Virus record (IMG/VR): IMGVR_UViG_3300008448_000004
Location: 96,001-160,000 of that record
DNA length: 64,000 nt
DNA from: a virus
Strand: one strand, 5' to 3'
The first letter of the stretch is position 1, and every line of letters starts with the position of its first letter. The notes under the pieces are model-generated. The model was not told the DNA's origin and searched no databases. It saw only the letters and a program-made list of their open reading frames with translations. Position numbers and translations under genes: made by a program. Below are positions 50,744-60,136 of the stretch, piece after piece.

Positions 50744-52354
50744 TTATTTTAGCAACCAAGTTAAATCTTCGTTTTGTCCAAACTGATTTGTCATTTTCCA
50801 TGGATGACGTTCTAAAGCTAAAGCGGGAGTTATTATTTCCATGCCGTAGTTCGATTTGGACATATTGCCTAAGCTTGCTTTTGCAAGATCAATACCTGTT
50901 TGCCTAAATCTGAGAGCTGTATCTCTTAAGAATAACCCAATACCTATCGGTATTACGAGGTCATCATTATATCCTTCAAGCGCTTGAGCTTTACCTGATT
51001 TCCAGATGAAAGTAGATAATTCTTCATGCGTTCTTTTAGACTGTACAATACAACTCTTATCATGAATATACGAAGTTAATTTCGAAATAACAAGAGGTCT
51101 TGTTCTTTGATTTGTAGAAAATCCAGGAACCATTCCATCTCCTCTATCAAAACGGCTTAAATACAGCTCAACATTAGTTAGAGCTATATCCGATCTTGGG
51201 GAGTAGTATAGATTAGGGTACTGTGATTCGACGGCTGTCTGTATTACATCCCATCCAATACCGGTGTTTTCTATAATGAGAAGTCCCATGTTCCACTCTG
51301 TAGCAACGCTGACAGCTAATCTACCTAAGTCTCTTGTGTCGGGCTGTCCGCGGTACTCTGCTACTTGCTTGGCTTCTTCAACTTCCATTACTTGAATAGT
51401 TGAATAGTCTTTTCCATCGCCTCTAGCTACGTCAACTATAATTGCATATGTTTTAGAGTAATCGGGGTATTCCCAAAGCCAGTAGTTATGATCAATAAAA
51501 CGTTTCTCTACAGGAGGCTTTATCAAACTCTCGTACCATTTTAGTATCTCAGGTTCAATTACGGTTGCACCGGATGTTGTGAAGTCACAATCACATTCCT
51601 GGGCTGCTTCTCTTTTACCGAGTATCTTATCTTGTTCTTCTCTCCAGGTTTGAGTTCTTTCAGGATGTACTGTCCAGGGAAGTCTAATAGCAGTGAATTT
51701 ATTTTCACCAATTTCTGCTTTAGTAAATTCTTTGTGAAACCAGTTACCTGTACCGTTAGGGGTAGATATAGCAATACATCGACCTCCGGTAGCAAGAGTC
51801 TGTTGAGCAGCTGTAAAGATAGTTTCGATGTTATCAATAAACGCTGCTTCGTCAAGTATGAGTAGTGATACAGCTTCTGAACGGCCTGAGTCTGATGCGG
51901 CAGAAACTGCTTTGATTTGAGATCCATTTGCTAGCTTAATACTAAGTTTGTTGTTAAATTCTGTACCACCTGCAAATTCTTTAATCCAATTAGGAAGATG
52001 GTCGTATGCAAACGAAACTTTAGTGACAAGGTTTTTAGCAGTATCCTGCTTTGTTGCTACAACAAGGATGTTCTTATCTTTATTGAAAAGCATCATCCAT
52101 AAGGCATAAGCAGATACTAGAGTAGAGATACCTAGCTGTCTAGACTTATTGACAATATTGTATTCGTTTTGTTGAAATACACCTAGTACTTTTTCTTGGA
52201 ATAGGTAGAGATTAAATTGCATTCTACCGCGGGTGGGGTGCTGAATCCAGTAATATTTCTTCATGAAATATACAGGATCTTGGGCACAGCGTATTAGCTC
52301 CTGCCTTATAGCTTCTTTTAAGCTCTGCTGACTTACTTGAGTTTTATTTTCCAT
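50744..52354 (-). CDS. gp17: Terminase large subunit
   Basis: KSRQLGIST, LDEAAF, STPNG, VDVARG..DYS, NDDLV. Confidence 0.95.
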   Translation of the reverse strand: MENKTQVSQQSLKEAIRQELIRCAQDPVYFMKKYYWIQHPTRGRMQFNLYLFQEKVLGVFQQNEYNIVNKSRQLGISTLVSAYALWMMLFNKDKNILVVATKQDTAKNLVTKVSFAYDHLPNWIKEFAGGTEFNNKLSIKLANGSQIKAVSAASDSGRSEAVSLLILDEAAFIDNIETIFTAAQQTLATGGRCIAISTPNGTGNWFHKEFTKAEIGENKFTAIRLPWTVHPERTQTWREEQDKILGKREAAQECDCDFTTSGATVIEPEILKWYESLIKPPVEKRFIDHNYWLWEYPDYSKTYAIIVDVARGDGKDYSTIQVMEVEEAKQVAEYRGQPDTRDLGRLAVSVATEWNMGLLIIENTGIGWDVIQTAVESQYPNLYYSPRSDIALTNVELYLSRFDRGDGMVPGFSTNQRTRPLVISKLTSYIHDKSCIVQSKRTHEELSTFIWKSGKAQALEGYNDDLVIPIGIGLFLRDTALRFRQTGIDLAKASLGNMSKSNYGMEIITPALALERHPWKMTNQFGQNEDLTWLLK

Positions 52355-52956
52355 AGTATACCAGCTTTAATACTAACACCTCCGTTGAGATCGTAGCCTG
52401 CGCCTAAGGTATACATTCCGTCTTTCTTAGTCTTTAGAGTTAGAGTAGGACCGAAATAGGATATTGGTTCGTCCTTATTTACAACTCCCTCGAAGCCAGC
52501 GTATAATTGGGTTTTTGCTTTTGGAGGTATTACTACTGTGGTTTCTTTTGTAATGACCGGCACTTTATAGTCTGCGCTGAACCATCTGCTTTCTATCTTA
52601 TTCTTACTTACCGAATCTGTTATGTAGGCATAGCCTATACTGTCAATAGCTATAGTATCTCTGTAAACTCTTGTTGCGTAAAAATCTTTAAGTATCGCTG
52701 CTGTATCTACATCTTTATAGAACGAATCTACAGTTCCTGGAAGATACTCTGTTTCACCTGGGATGTATACAGGCTTTTCTACTCTCTTTGCTACATACTG
52801 CGTGTCTATCTTTACAGTTATTATGGGCTTTCCTCCTTCGGGACAAGGTATATCGCTTTTGCAGGACTTTTGCAACAGTATTATAATAACTAAAACGGCA
52901 ATTATCGCTAGATAAAAGCCGTTCTTAGTCGATAGTAATTTTTTAATATTTACCAC
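52333..52956 (-). CDS. Membrane-anchored / possible lipoprotein with beta-rich C-terminus
   Basis: Basic n-region, FYLAIIAVLVIIILL, QKSC; many D-S/T motifs. Confidence 0.6.
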   Translation of the reverse strand: MVNIKKLLSTKNGFYLAIIAVLVIIILLQKSCKSDIPCPEGGKPIITVKIDTQYVAKRVEKPVYIPGETEYLPGTVDSFYKDVDTAAILKDFYATRVYRDTIAIDSIGYAYITDSVSKNKIESRWFSADYKVPVITKETTVVIPPKAKTQLYAGFEGVVNKDEPISYFGPTLTLKTKKDGMYTLGAGYDLNGGVSIKAGILWKIKLK

Positions 52957-52962
52957 TAAAAT

Positions 52963-53625
52963 TTAATTTGATTTCCAAGCATCTATCTTCTCTTTCCATA
53001 GTTTCTTTACAGCTATTCTAGCTGCGTTTTGATCATGAGAAGGGATTTGCTTTTGAATTAAGCCTTTGATATCTTCAATTAATTCATCAATAGCCATTTC
53101 AACACCTGGACCTGCTAGGTCTGTATCGTCGTATTTTTCAAAGAAAGAAGCTGTATCTCCGGGTCTAATAACGTTACTGTACATTAAGTGACCTGGAATT
53201 GCTTCTGCTACATCATCTCCTTCTTCTAGAGATTCTTCTCCTTCTTCATCGCTAACGTCGGTTAGCTTAGCTAAGTCTGCAGTCAAAGTTTTAATTTGCT
53301 GCGGGATTGTACCGATCATTTGCTTATACTGGTCTATTGTTATTTCTCCTGCTTTTAACTTCTGAATGAGTTCGTCTTTTTGCTTAGTTAGTTTAGCTAA
53401 CTGAGTTCTTTTATCAGAGTCGCTGCCGAGTTGTTTATCAACAGCTTTTACGTCTTTTTTGGAAGGCTCTTTTTCAAACTCATCAGAGCTAAATTCGTCT
53501 TCTTTTTCCCAATCGTCTGTTTCTTCTTCTGCTTCTTTAATTAAAGCTTTTTTACCAGCATCCAGTTTAGATGCTACAGTAGCTCTATTCTCAGTAACAA
53601 ATTTATAAAAGTCAAACTGTGCCAT
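52963..53625 (-). CDS. Acidic late protein (internal-head-like)
   Basis: FDFYKFVTEN...LIKEAEE; late motif upstream. Confidence 0.55.
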   Translation of the reverse strand: MAQFDFYKFVTENRATVASKLDAGKKALIKEAEEETDDWEKEDEFSSDEFEKEPSKKDVKAVDKQLGSDSDKRTQLAKLTKQKDELIQKLKAGEITIDQYKQMIGTIPQQIKTLTADLAKLTDVSDEEGEESLEEGDDVAEAIPGHLMYSNVIRPGDTASFFEKYDDTDLAGPGVEMAIDELIEDIKGLIQKQIPSHDQNAARIAVKKLWKEKIDAWKSN

Positions 53626-53639
53626 TTTATCTAATTTAT

Positions 53640-53647
53640 TATAAATA
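53640..53647 (-). promoter_or_regulatory. Putative late motif TATTTATA
   Basis: 14 nt upstream of ATG at 53625. Confidence 0.6.
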
Positions 53648-53661
53648 GCAGGGATTTTAGT

Positions 53662-53901
53662 TTAAAGCATGTCTGGAAGGGGTGTAATAACTTTAGAATC
53701 ATTCTTTAAGATTAGCCATTCTCTCTTAGACATTTCACGTCCGTAGATAGCATAGACATCTTTCTTTTTAGAATCTTTAGGGTATTTAATTGCAGGTCCA
53801 GCTAACGAATGTAGCTTAGCATTTTTTCCTGGCTCTTGATAAAGAGATAGTACGGTCCCTTCGGGCGTCTTTACTTTCTTTATGTAACTTGATTCACTCA
53901 T
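53662..53901 (-). CDS. Hypothetical protein with LHxxxGPA motif
   Basis: KLHSLAGPAIKY; sits behind a host-type promoter inside the late block. Confidence 0.6.
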   Translation of the reverse strand: MSESSYIKKVKTPEGTVLSLYQEPGKNAKLHSLAGPAIKYPKDSKKKDVYAIYGREMSKREWLILKNDSKVITPLPDML

Positions 53902-53913
53902 ATTGTTTTGCTA

Positions 53914-53944
53914 TAAAGATAGCAAAAAACTTTCAGACTTCCAA
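53914..53944 (-). promoter_or_regulatory. Bacteroidota-type promoter TTGG-N19-TATCTTTA
   Basis: 19-nt spacer. Confidence 0.65.
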
Positions 53945-53945
53945 C

Positions 53946-55637
53946 TTAAATCTCAACTCCTCTTATCTTATCTACCATACCAAAGCGAGACTGTACTCCT
54001 CCACCTTCTCGGCTTGCTGCAAATATCTTTGGAATTTTAGTACCGTTTAGATCCTGTTTTTCGTCGGTAAAGAAAAGATCTCCATCTCTTTTTCTAATGT
54101 GAGCGTAAAGTTTATCGCCTTTTTTCTTTATGAAAGAAGAAAGAGGTATAAAATCACCGTTTGAAAGCTTAATTGTATTCTTGCCGACTTTTTCATGCTT
54201 TACGTCCATCTCTCCTATATAGTAGTAAGATACAGGACCTCCCATCTCCGGTGTACCTACTAGCAACGTCTTTACGATATCGGCAGGTACTTTCCTAGAT
54301 ACATCCTGTATAGCTGGATTTTTATATAAGTTTTTTCCTTGTAGTTTTTCTTTGTTGATTATCTTCTTATACCATTTATAAGCATCATTGTAGAATTTAA
54401 CTACAAATTCTTTAATTGCCGGGTTTTGATTGTCGGCTGTTAAAGCTGTAATTCCTTTTATTCCTCCGCTTCCTAAAGTCGGGGCTGAAGGTCCTTTAGC
54501 GGATACTAGAACTGGAGCTTTTTTACCTTTAACTATTAGCTTTACGTCTGAGTAAGGTTCAACACCTTTTACGTTTCTACCTTCTACTTTTTCTGCAGAA
54601 AGAACACCTTCCAGTTTTGAGCCGTTTGCAGAGATAATGGTCTTTTCGCCAGGTATAGAATTTATAATATCGATAAGACCTCTCTCCTGTCTCTCCGTTG
54701 TATCAGCTTTTGATCCGCCTGATCCGCCGAACTCTGGTGTTTTCTTTAAGTCTCTGAGTGTATATTTGTTTCCTTTGTCATCTTTGAAATAAAAGACTTT
54801 ATTTGGATGTTCAAAAGGTGTATTTTCTACGGATTGAGCGAATGCGTCTGAAATGGCTTGGTTTAAAAACTCAGGCTCTTTGGGGTCGTGATTAGGATAA
54901 TTTTTTGGATCAGTACTGAACAGTTTCTTATATTCGGGTTTAGCGAATTGAAGAACTACTTTTTGTCCGTCGGCTAATTCAAAAGGGTCTTTTTTTTCGA
55001 CCTTATCGTAAATCTTTTTAATTCTAGGAATATACCTACTCATCCTTGTAAGTTCCGCAGCATCTAAGTTACGTTCTAACAGTATCTGTAGGTTTTCTAC
55101 TAGTAGTTTTAAGTTTACCTTCTTCTTGGAAGTACTTTCTTCTAGAGTTTCTCCTTCACCTCCTGTCTCTTCTTCACCACCTCCAGCTTCTTCTCCGCCT
55201 CCAGCTTCTTCTTCTTCCGGTTCTTGAGGTGCTGCTCCTTCTTCTTTCTCAGGACCTGGCTTACCTATCGGTGCACCTAACTCTAATAGTTGCGCTATAG
55301 CTGCTGTTGCTCTTTGTTTATCGCTTAAGAAAGATAGGTAGTACTTCTTACCTTCTACTTTACAGCTGTAAGTTTTACCGGTCCAAGTTAGTATAAATTC
55401 TTGATTATTGTGTAAGACAATTTTGAAGGTTGTGGGTCTAGGTGCTACTACGTATATACCGTTTAAGTAATCTTTAAAAGCATCTGACATTAACATAGTT
55501 AACGTCTCTTTTAAAGACGGATACTTCATTAAAATGTAGTTCATCGGATCTTCTTCAAACGATACCTGCTGTACCGGTTGAGGAACTGTTTGATCTTCTG
55601 GTGCTTCGTTAATTTTATGTCTGAGTTTTATCTTCAT
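53946..55637 (-). CDS. Head-block protein with possible C-terminal PD-(D/E)XK-like nuclease domain
   Basis: N-terminal domain, acidic Gly linker, then RQERGL...YSDVKL...LVSAKG. Confidence 0.5.
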   Translation of the reverse strand: MKIKLRHKINEAPEDQTVPQPVQQVSFEEDPMNYILMKYPSLKETLTMLMSDAFKDYLNGIYVVAPRPTTFKIVLHNNQEFILTWTGKTYSCKVEGKKYYLSFLSDKQRATAAIAQLLELGAPIGKPGPEKEEGAAPQEPEEEEAGGGEEAGGGEEETGGEGETLEESTSKKKVNLKLLVENLQILLERNLDAAELTRMSRYIPRIKKIYDKVEKKDPFELADGQKVVLQFAKPEYKKLFSTDPKNYPNHDPKEPEFLNQAISDAFAQSVENTPFEHPNKVFYFKDDKGNKYTLRDLKKTPEFGGSGGSKADTTERQERGLIDIINSIPGEKTIISANGSKLEGVLSAEKVEGRNVKGVEPYSDVKLIVKGKKAPVLVSAKGPSAPTLGSGGIKGITALTADNQNPAIKEFVVKFYNDAYKWYKKIINKEKLQGKNLYKNPAIQDVSRKVPADIVKTLLVGTPEMGGPVSYYYIGEMDVKHEKVGKNTIKLSNGDFIPLSSFIKKKGDKLYAHIRKRDGDLFFTDEKQDLNGTKIPKIFAASREGGGVQSRFGMVDKIRGVEI

Positions 55638-55643
55638 AATGAA

Positions 55644-56471
55644 TTACCATTTACGGCAGCTCCAATATCTTGCTTTTGTTCTTGGTCCGGGGTTATCGCA
55701 ATTATGTCTTGCTCTGAAAGATTTTCTTCTTGCAGGATTAGACTTTTTTATTCTCATATTAGGATCTCCAAAGTTAACCTTCTTTACATTTCCGGTTTTT
55801 GGATCTTTCACGTATACTTTAAATTTCTTAACATCCCCTTGCATGGGCTTACCTAGAGGTACGTTTCTACCGCGATACTCCGCTTCCTGTAAAGCATTCC
55901 AATGTTCTTTTATATACTCGGCTAAACAAGCAGGACAAAATTCTCCTTCGTTTAACTCATCTAATTCTTCTTTTACCGGAATACATTTATCTTTTCCGTT
56001 TTCAGTACCGGCGTATCTATAGCCTTTCCAACAAGGCTTTCCGTCGCTACCTTTTACCTTCTCTTCGTTTGTCTCTTCAAAGGCTTCCTTACCGTCATAC
56101 ACAATATGTCCTTTGTCTTGTAACATTTTTACTAGCCTTGGCAATATAGGATTGCCACTTATATCTTTACTCTGGAAGTGAGTTGCTCCGTATTGGTCTA
56201 GTATTCGCTTTAAGTCAGACAGCATTACTATTTTACCTTCTATTTCATCTTGTAAATCTAGTCCGAATGTTTTGTCGAATAGTTGAACTAACAATGGGTA
56301 GTTCCATTCATCGGGCATGTAGGTTTGGTGTTGTCTAGGAGCTACAAACATCTCATCCATACCTTCGTTCGCTCTGTTCTTACAGCTTTTTGCTCCTGTA
56401 AGGTAAGGTTTAGGACATGAAGTACCTTTTTCGTGCACATGCCCACATCTATGACAGCAAGTTCCAGCCAT
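55644..56471 (-). CDS. Cys-rich modular protein with CWKGY and DUF6321-like C-terminal domain
   Basis: KKVNFGDPNMRIKKSNPARRKSFRARHNC...ARYWSC. Confidence 0.7.
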   Translation of the reverse strand: MAGTCCHRCGHVHEKGTSCPKPYLTGAKSCKNRANEGMDEMFVAPRQHQTYMPDEWNYPLLVQLFDKTFGLDLQDEIEGKIVMLSDLKRILDQYGATHFQSKDISGNPILPRLVKMLQDKGHIVYDGKEAFEETNEEKVKGSDGKPCWKGYRYAGTENGKDKCIPVKEELDELNEGEFCPACLAEYIKEHWNALQEAEYRGRNVPLGKPMQGDVKKFKVYVKDPKTGNVKKVNFGDPNMRIKKSNPARRKSFRARHNCDNPGPRTKARYWSCRKW

Positions 56472-56833
56472 TAGTGTAAGAATTTAAGTTTATACTTTGT
56501 TGAATTAATTAATTCTACAATAGTGTCTACTTGGTTTTCTAAGTAAGAATCTTTAGGTAGAGAAGGTCTGATAGCGCTCATGAACTTACAGAGCCCTTCA
56601 AAATAGGTAATAGCAGAATCATCTTCTTTTAAAGTTCCGGCCATTTTGTAGCCTCTCAGTATTCCATACATACCTTGATATGATTCTACGTAAGCATCAA
56701 TCAAAGGTACAATACCTTCGTAGTAGGCCTGTAGAGCTAGATGTGCTGCGTGAGATTGAGTCTGTAGATGGAATATATGCGCTTGATTTCTAGACTGCAT
56801 TAGCGTCCCGATAAAAGTTCCTGCTTGATCCAT
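56471..56833 (-). CDS. Ferritin/Dps-like four-helix protein (DUF5856-like)
   Basis: QAHIFHLQTQSHAAHLAL..YYEG...DAYVESYQG. Confidence 0.7.
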   Translation of the reverse strand: MDQAGTFIGTLMQSRNQAHIFHLQTQSHAAHLALQAYYEGIVPLIDAYVESYQGMYGILRGYKMAGTLKEDDSAITYFEGLCKFMSAIRPSLPKDSYLENQVDTIVELINSTKYKLKFLH

Positions 56834-57801
56834 TATTTTTGTTTTTGCATTGCTTGTTTAATTGCCTTATCTTTTACACCTTTGTATTCTTCTGAAGGCT
56901 TTTCAATTTCACCGTCTTTATCAAAATCTTTACCCGCTTCAGGTAGAACCTTACTTTGCTCAGGACCGTATTCGTGATACTGATCGTTAGCTTGTTGAAT
57001 GTAGTTCTCCGATTTAGATATATGATCTTGAATCCAGCCTGGTATGTCTTTTTCTTGGTTGCCTAGTTTTGCAAGTAATTCATTAGCATGACGAATGATA
57101 GTCTCTAAGCTACCTTGAGCCATAGACACTTCGTGATCTTCGTTAAGCTTTTTCTTTTCTACTTCTTTTTCCTGCAAAGGTTTTTTAGACTTCTCAATTA
57201 TACTATGCTTAGCTCTCAACTCTTTAATTTGACTTAGGAGTGCTTCTACCTGTGCTTCGTAGTTCTCTGCATTAACAGGATCAGACTTGGCAGCTTTTAG
57301 GTGTGCGTTAACTTCTTTTTGTATATGAGCTATCTTCTTATGAATTTTTTCAGTCACTTTACCTTTCTTCTCTTCTAGACCTCTAGCTGTTTCGTATACA
57401 GCTTGTACTAAGTCGTGAGCAGCATTCATTGCTTCGTTCTCATCCAAGTAGAATCCGTGAATATCTTCGGGAAGTAATCCACCTCTTACTTGATTAGCAA
57501 AGCCAATTGGATCGGTCTTAAATGAAAGATTCATTGGGTCATCCATTGGATCTTTAGACTTCTCTACTACGTAGAACTCAATATTGTTTGCTAATTGGAC
57601 TGGAGCTTCTTGAATATTTTCGTTCTCTTTTAAGACTTGCTTTATTTCGTTTAAGACTTTTTTCTTTTCGTCTACATTAACTTTTAATGCAGAAATATAA
57701 TCTTGAAGATCGCCTTTTGTGCATCCTACTTTCTGGCCTCTTGTTCCATCGGCTTTTTTCTTATAGACGCATTTATTCTTTTGATCGATAGAATATGGCA
57801 T
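56833..57801 (-). CDS. Modular internal-head-like protein
   Basis: Modules DHEVSMA...DIPGWIQDHI and DFDKDGEIE...EY; L-x-E sites. Confidence 0.6.
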   Translation of the reverse strand: MPYSIDQKNKCVYKKKADGTRGQKVGCTKGDLQDYISALKVNVDEKKKVLNEIKQVLKENENIQEAPVQLANNIEFYVVEKSKDPMDDPMNLSFKTDPIGFANQVRGGLLPEDIHGFYLDENEAMNAAHDLVQAVYETARGLEEKKGKVTEKIHKKIAHIQKEVNAHLKAAKSDPVNAENYEAQVEALLSQIKELRAKHSIIEKSKKPLQEKEVEKKKLNEDHEVSMAQGSLETIIRHANELLAKLGNQEKDIPGWIQDHISKSENYIQQANDQYHEYGPEQSKVLPEAGKDFDKDGEIEKPSEEYKGVKDKAIKQAMQKQK

Positions 57802-57815
57802 ATTTACGGTTTTTT

Positions 57816-57823
57816 AATAAATA
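57816..57823 (-). promoter_or_regulatory. Putative late motif TATTTATT
   Basis: 14 nt upstream of ATG at 57801. Confidence 0.55.
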
Positions 57824-57825
57824 GG

Positions 57826-58398
57826 TTAAAGCTCGGCATCTCGCATCTTCTGAAGTATTTCTTTTGCTTCTCCGTACATTTTAGATTTAGACGAGGTTTC
57901 AGACCAATCTTCTATATCTCCTTGTTCGGTTAGATATTCTTCTTTATCAGACAGCCATGTATCTAGAGCTTTATCTAGATCGACTATTAGAGAGTCTTTA
58001 TTTGCGTTTAGCATTCGTTTCTCATACTCCTCATATTCGCCTTTCTTCCTCAGTTCATGCTCCATATCAATTACACAGTCAAAGCATTTGCCGTGTATTG
58101 AGTACATTTTTTTATTCAAATCTGTTACTTTCATTGCTTTCTTACAGCAAGGGCAAGCCAGGGGCATTATAACTAATTTTTTAATTTCGTCAAATTTAGT
58201 TATGTTCTGCTTAATTCCGTTTTTGATCGTCCACACTTTGCCGTTATCTTCCCAAACGTCTCCTTCCTGATAGTCAGCAATCTGCTTTTCGTATCCAATC
58301 TGCACACGTGTTTTCTCACCGGTCTTACCCGTAATTAAATTACGCATACGTTGAACGTCGCGGTGGGTAAATTCTTTTTTCAACATAGACTCTTTCAT
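57826..58398 (-). CDS. Zinc-finger phage protein
   Basis: EGDVWEDNGKVWTIKNG, CPCC...CFDC. Confidence 0.7.
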   Translation of the reverse strand: MKESMLKKEFTHRDVQRMRNLITGKTGEKTRVQIGYEKQIADYQEGDVWEDNGKVWTIKNGIKQNITKFDEIKKLVIMPLACPCCKKAMKVTDLNKKMYSIHGKCFDCVIDMEHELRKKGEYEEYEKRMLNANKDSLIVDLDKALDTWLSDKEEYLTEQGDIEDWSETSSKSKMYGEAKEILQKMRDAEL

Positions 58399-58407
58399 AG
58401 ACTTATT

Positions 58408-58917
58408 TTATTTAATTCCTAATTCTCTTAATTGCTTTATTGTGTCAGCAGCAGAAGTATGTTTAATACCTATACCGCCTGATTCTCTCCATTCATCAAT
58501 GTTCTTACCTCTATCATCTATCAAGATAGCATTTGTATTTGCAAACTGTCTTTTTTGACTTGCTCGTCTAAGGATTAACTTCACTCCGGGGAGATTTCTT
58601 TTTACCCAAACGTATTTTCCTATCTTAGAAGATTCTTCATTTGAAGGTGCTGATAGTAGTTCGGGGTTATGAGGTTTGATATAATCCCATAGGGCTTTTC
58701 CGTCAGGCATCCATTTTAAATTTGCCCAAAATTTTATTCCTGCTTTATCTAGAGGTTCCCAAAACTTATCCATGCCGAGAGCTTCAGCCTCTCTAGGAGT
58801 CATATGTGTCAGGTCTTTATAGCCTCTGTCGAAGTCAACTAGGACTCCGTCCATATCACAGTAAATTTTATACTGCTGCTCTTCAGCTTCTTTTAATATA
58901 TCTAGTAATTTAATCAT
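58408..58917 (-). CDS. HAD-family 5'(3')-deoxyribonucleotidase-like phosphatase with N-terminal tag
   Basis: [18 protein letters not shown]; starts [10 protein letters not shown]. Confidence 0.85.
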   Translation of the reverse strand: MIKLLDILKEAEEQQYKIYCDMDGVLVDFDRGYKDLTHMTPREAEALGMDKFWEPLDKAGIKFWANLKWMPDGKALWDYIKPHNPELLSAPSNEESSKIGKYVWVKRNLPGVKLILRRASQKRQFANTNAILIDDRGKNIDEWRESGGIGIKHTSAADTIKQLRELGIK

Positions 58918-59542
58918 TCCAGATTACTTCTTTAAATTTTTCAGGACCGAGACCAAAATAAGCACACTTCCAATCACTTTGCTGAAAGAAAGGTAGGCTC
59001 ATCCACTCATCTCGTCTATTCCATAGACATTTTGCAGCATCATCCCAGTCTATATTTAAAACTACATTTTCAACTTTTGTCTTTACTTCTTGAACTTTAA
59101 AATAATTGAAGTCGTCCCATTCGTAATGGAATACTTCAAATACGACTCCTTCTCTATCTACATAGTCTAAAGCAAAATCAATGCCCCACTTGCTCTTTAT
59201 TCTTGTTAATTTATGAACAATTGGTAATTCTTCCGACCATTTCTTGAGCTGAATGAAAGCTTCTCCTGCATATCCTTTTCTCTCTAGTATAGCAGCATGG
59301 TTTATATGTACTCCATCCCAGAGTTGATCTGCTACAAACCATTCCTGTGAGAGAGCTTTTTTATGTCTCCAGGTTGTTACTTTACTGTTCACTTCAGCGT
59401 AATCTTCTTCTAGTTTAGAAAAATTATAGCCGTTTGTATCGAACAGATCTAAACAGTCGTAAGATGGATTCTCGTACTTTAAAATAGGGTTACTCCACAG
59501 TGGTGTGGGGTCAAACTTAGCTTCTAGTAATTGTAGTTTCAT
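58910..59542 (-). CDS. Phage hypothetical protein
   Basis: [26 protein letters not shown]. Confidence 0.65.
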   Translation of the reverse strand: MKLQLLEAKFDPTPLWSNPILKYENPSYDCLDLFDTNGYNFSKLEEDYAEVNSKVTTWRHKKALSQEWFVADQLWDGVHINHAAILERKGYAGEAFIQLKKWSEELPIVHKLTRIKSKWGIDFALDYVDREGVVFEVFHYEWDDFNYFKVQEVKTKVENVVLNIDWDDAAKCLWNRRDEWMSLPFFQQSDWKCAYFGLGPEKFKEVIWND

Positions 59543-59544
59543 AG

Positions 59545-59793
59545 TTATGTTGCTGGTTCAAACCAATCGGAACACCATTTTGAAGGGTCATCAATTTTCA
59601 TGACATTACTATTGTCATTCCATTTAATAAAATGCTTACTGCTACAAAGATGCTTACCATCTTCTTTAGAGTAGTATTTACATACGTGGCATCCGAAGCC
59701 TTTGCTACTTTTCATAAAAGCTTTATGATTAGATGGAACAGCGTATGTACCGCCACCGTATTGTTCTTCTAAAAGGTCTATTAACTTAATCAT
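59545..59793 (-). CDS. Small four-Cys (HiPIP-like) protein with N-terminal tag
   Basis: CHVC-x11-C-x23-CSDW; starts [10 protein letters not shown]. Confidence 0.5.
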   Translation of the reverse strand: MIKLIDLLEEQYGGGTYAVPSNHKAFMKSSKGFGCHVCKYYSKEDGKHLCSSKHFIKWNDNSNVMKIDDPSKWCSDWFEPAT

Positions 59794-59794
59794 T

Positions 59795-60136
59795 TTATTT
59801 ACTCTTTATAATTAATTCACCTAACACTTCTATCTTACCTACTAATTTTTGAAATTCTGTCATTCCCATTTCTACGTCTTTCCCTGCTTTTTTAAGCTCT
59901 TCTAACAATTCTCCGTATTCCTTAATTCCTTCTTCTACGTCAAATTTACCTTCGTTTGCTTTTTTGTAATAAGGAAGCTTTACTACGAAGTGGTTGTAGG
60001 TTAACATAGCAGGACCGCCTTTCTCTTTAGCATTATCAGCTATTTTTTCTGCACCATCGTGACGTTTTTGAGCGAACTCTTTAAAGCTTTCCGTATCTAA
60101 TATCTCTTCTTTTAGTATGTTTATTAATTTAATCAT
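59795..60136 (-). CDS. Hypothetical protein with N-terminal tag
   Basis: Starts MIKLINILKE. Confidence 0.65.
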   Translation of the reverse strand: MIKLINILKEEILDTESFKEFAQKRHDGAEKIADNAKEKGGPAMLTYNHFVVKLPYYKKANEGKFDVEEGIKEYGELLEELKKAGKDVEMGMTEFQKLVGKIEVLGELIIKSK

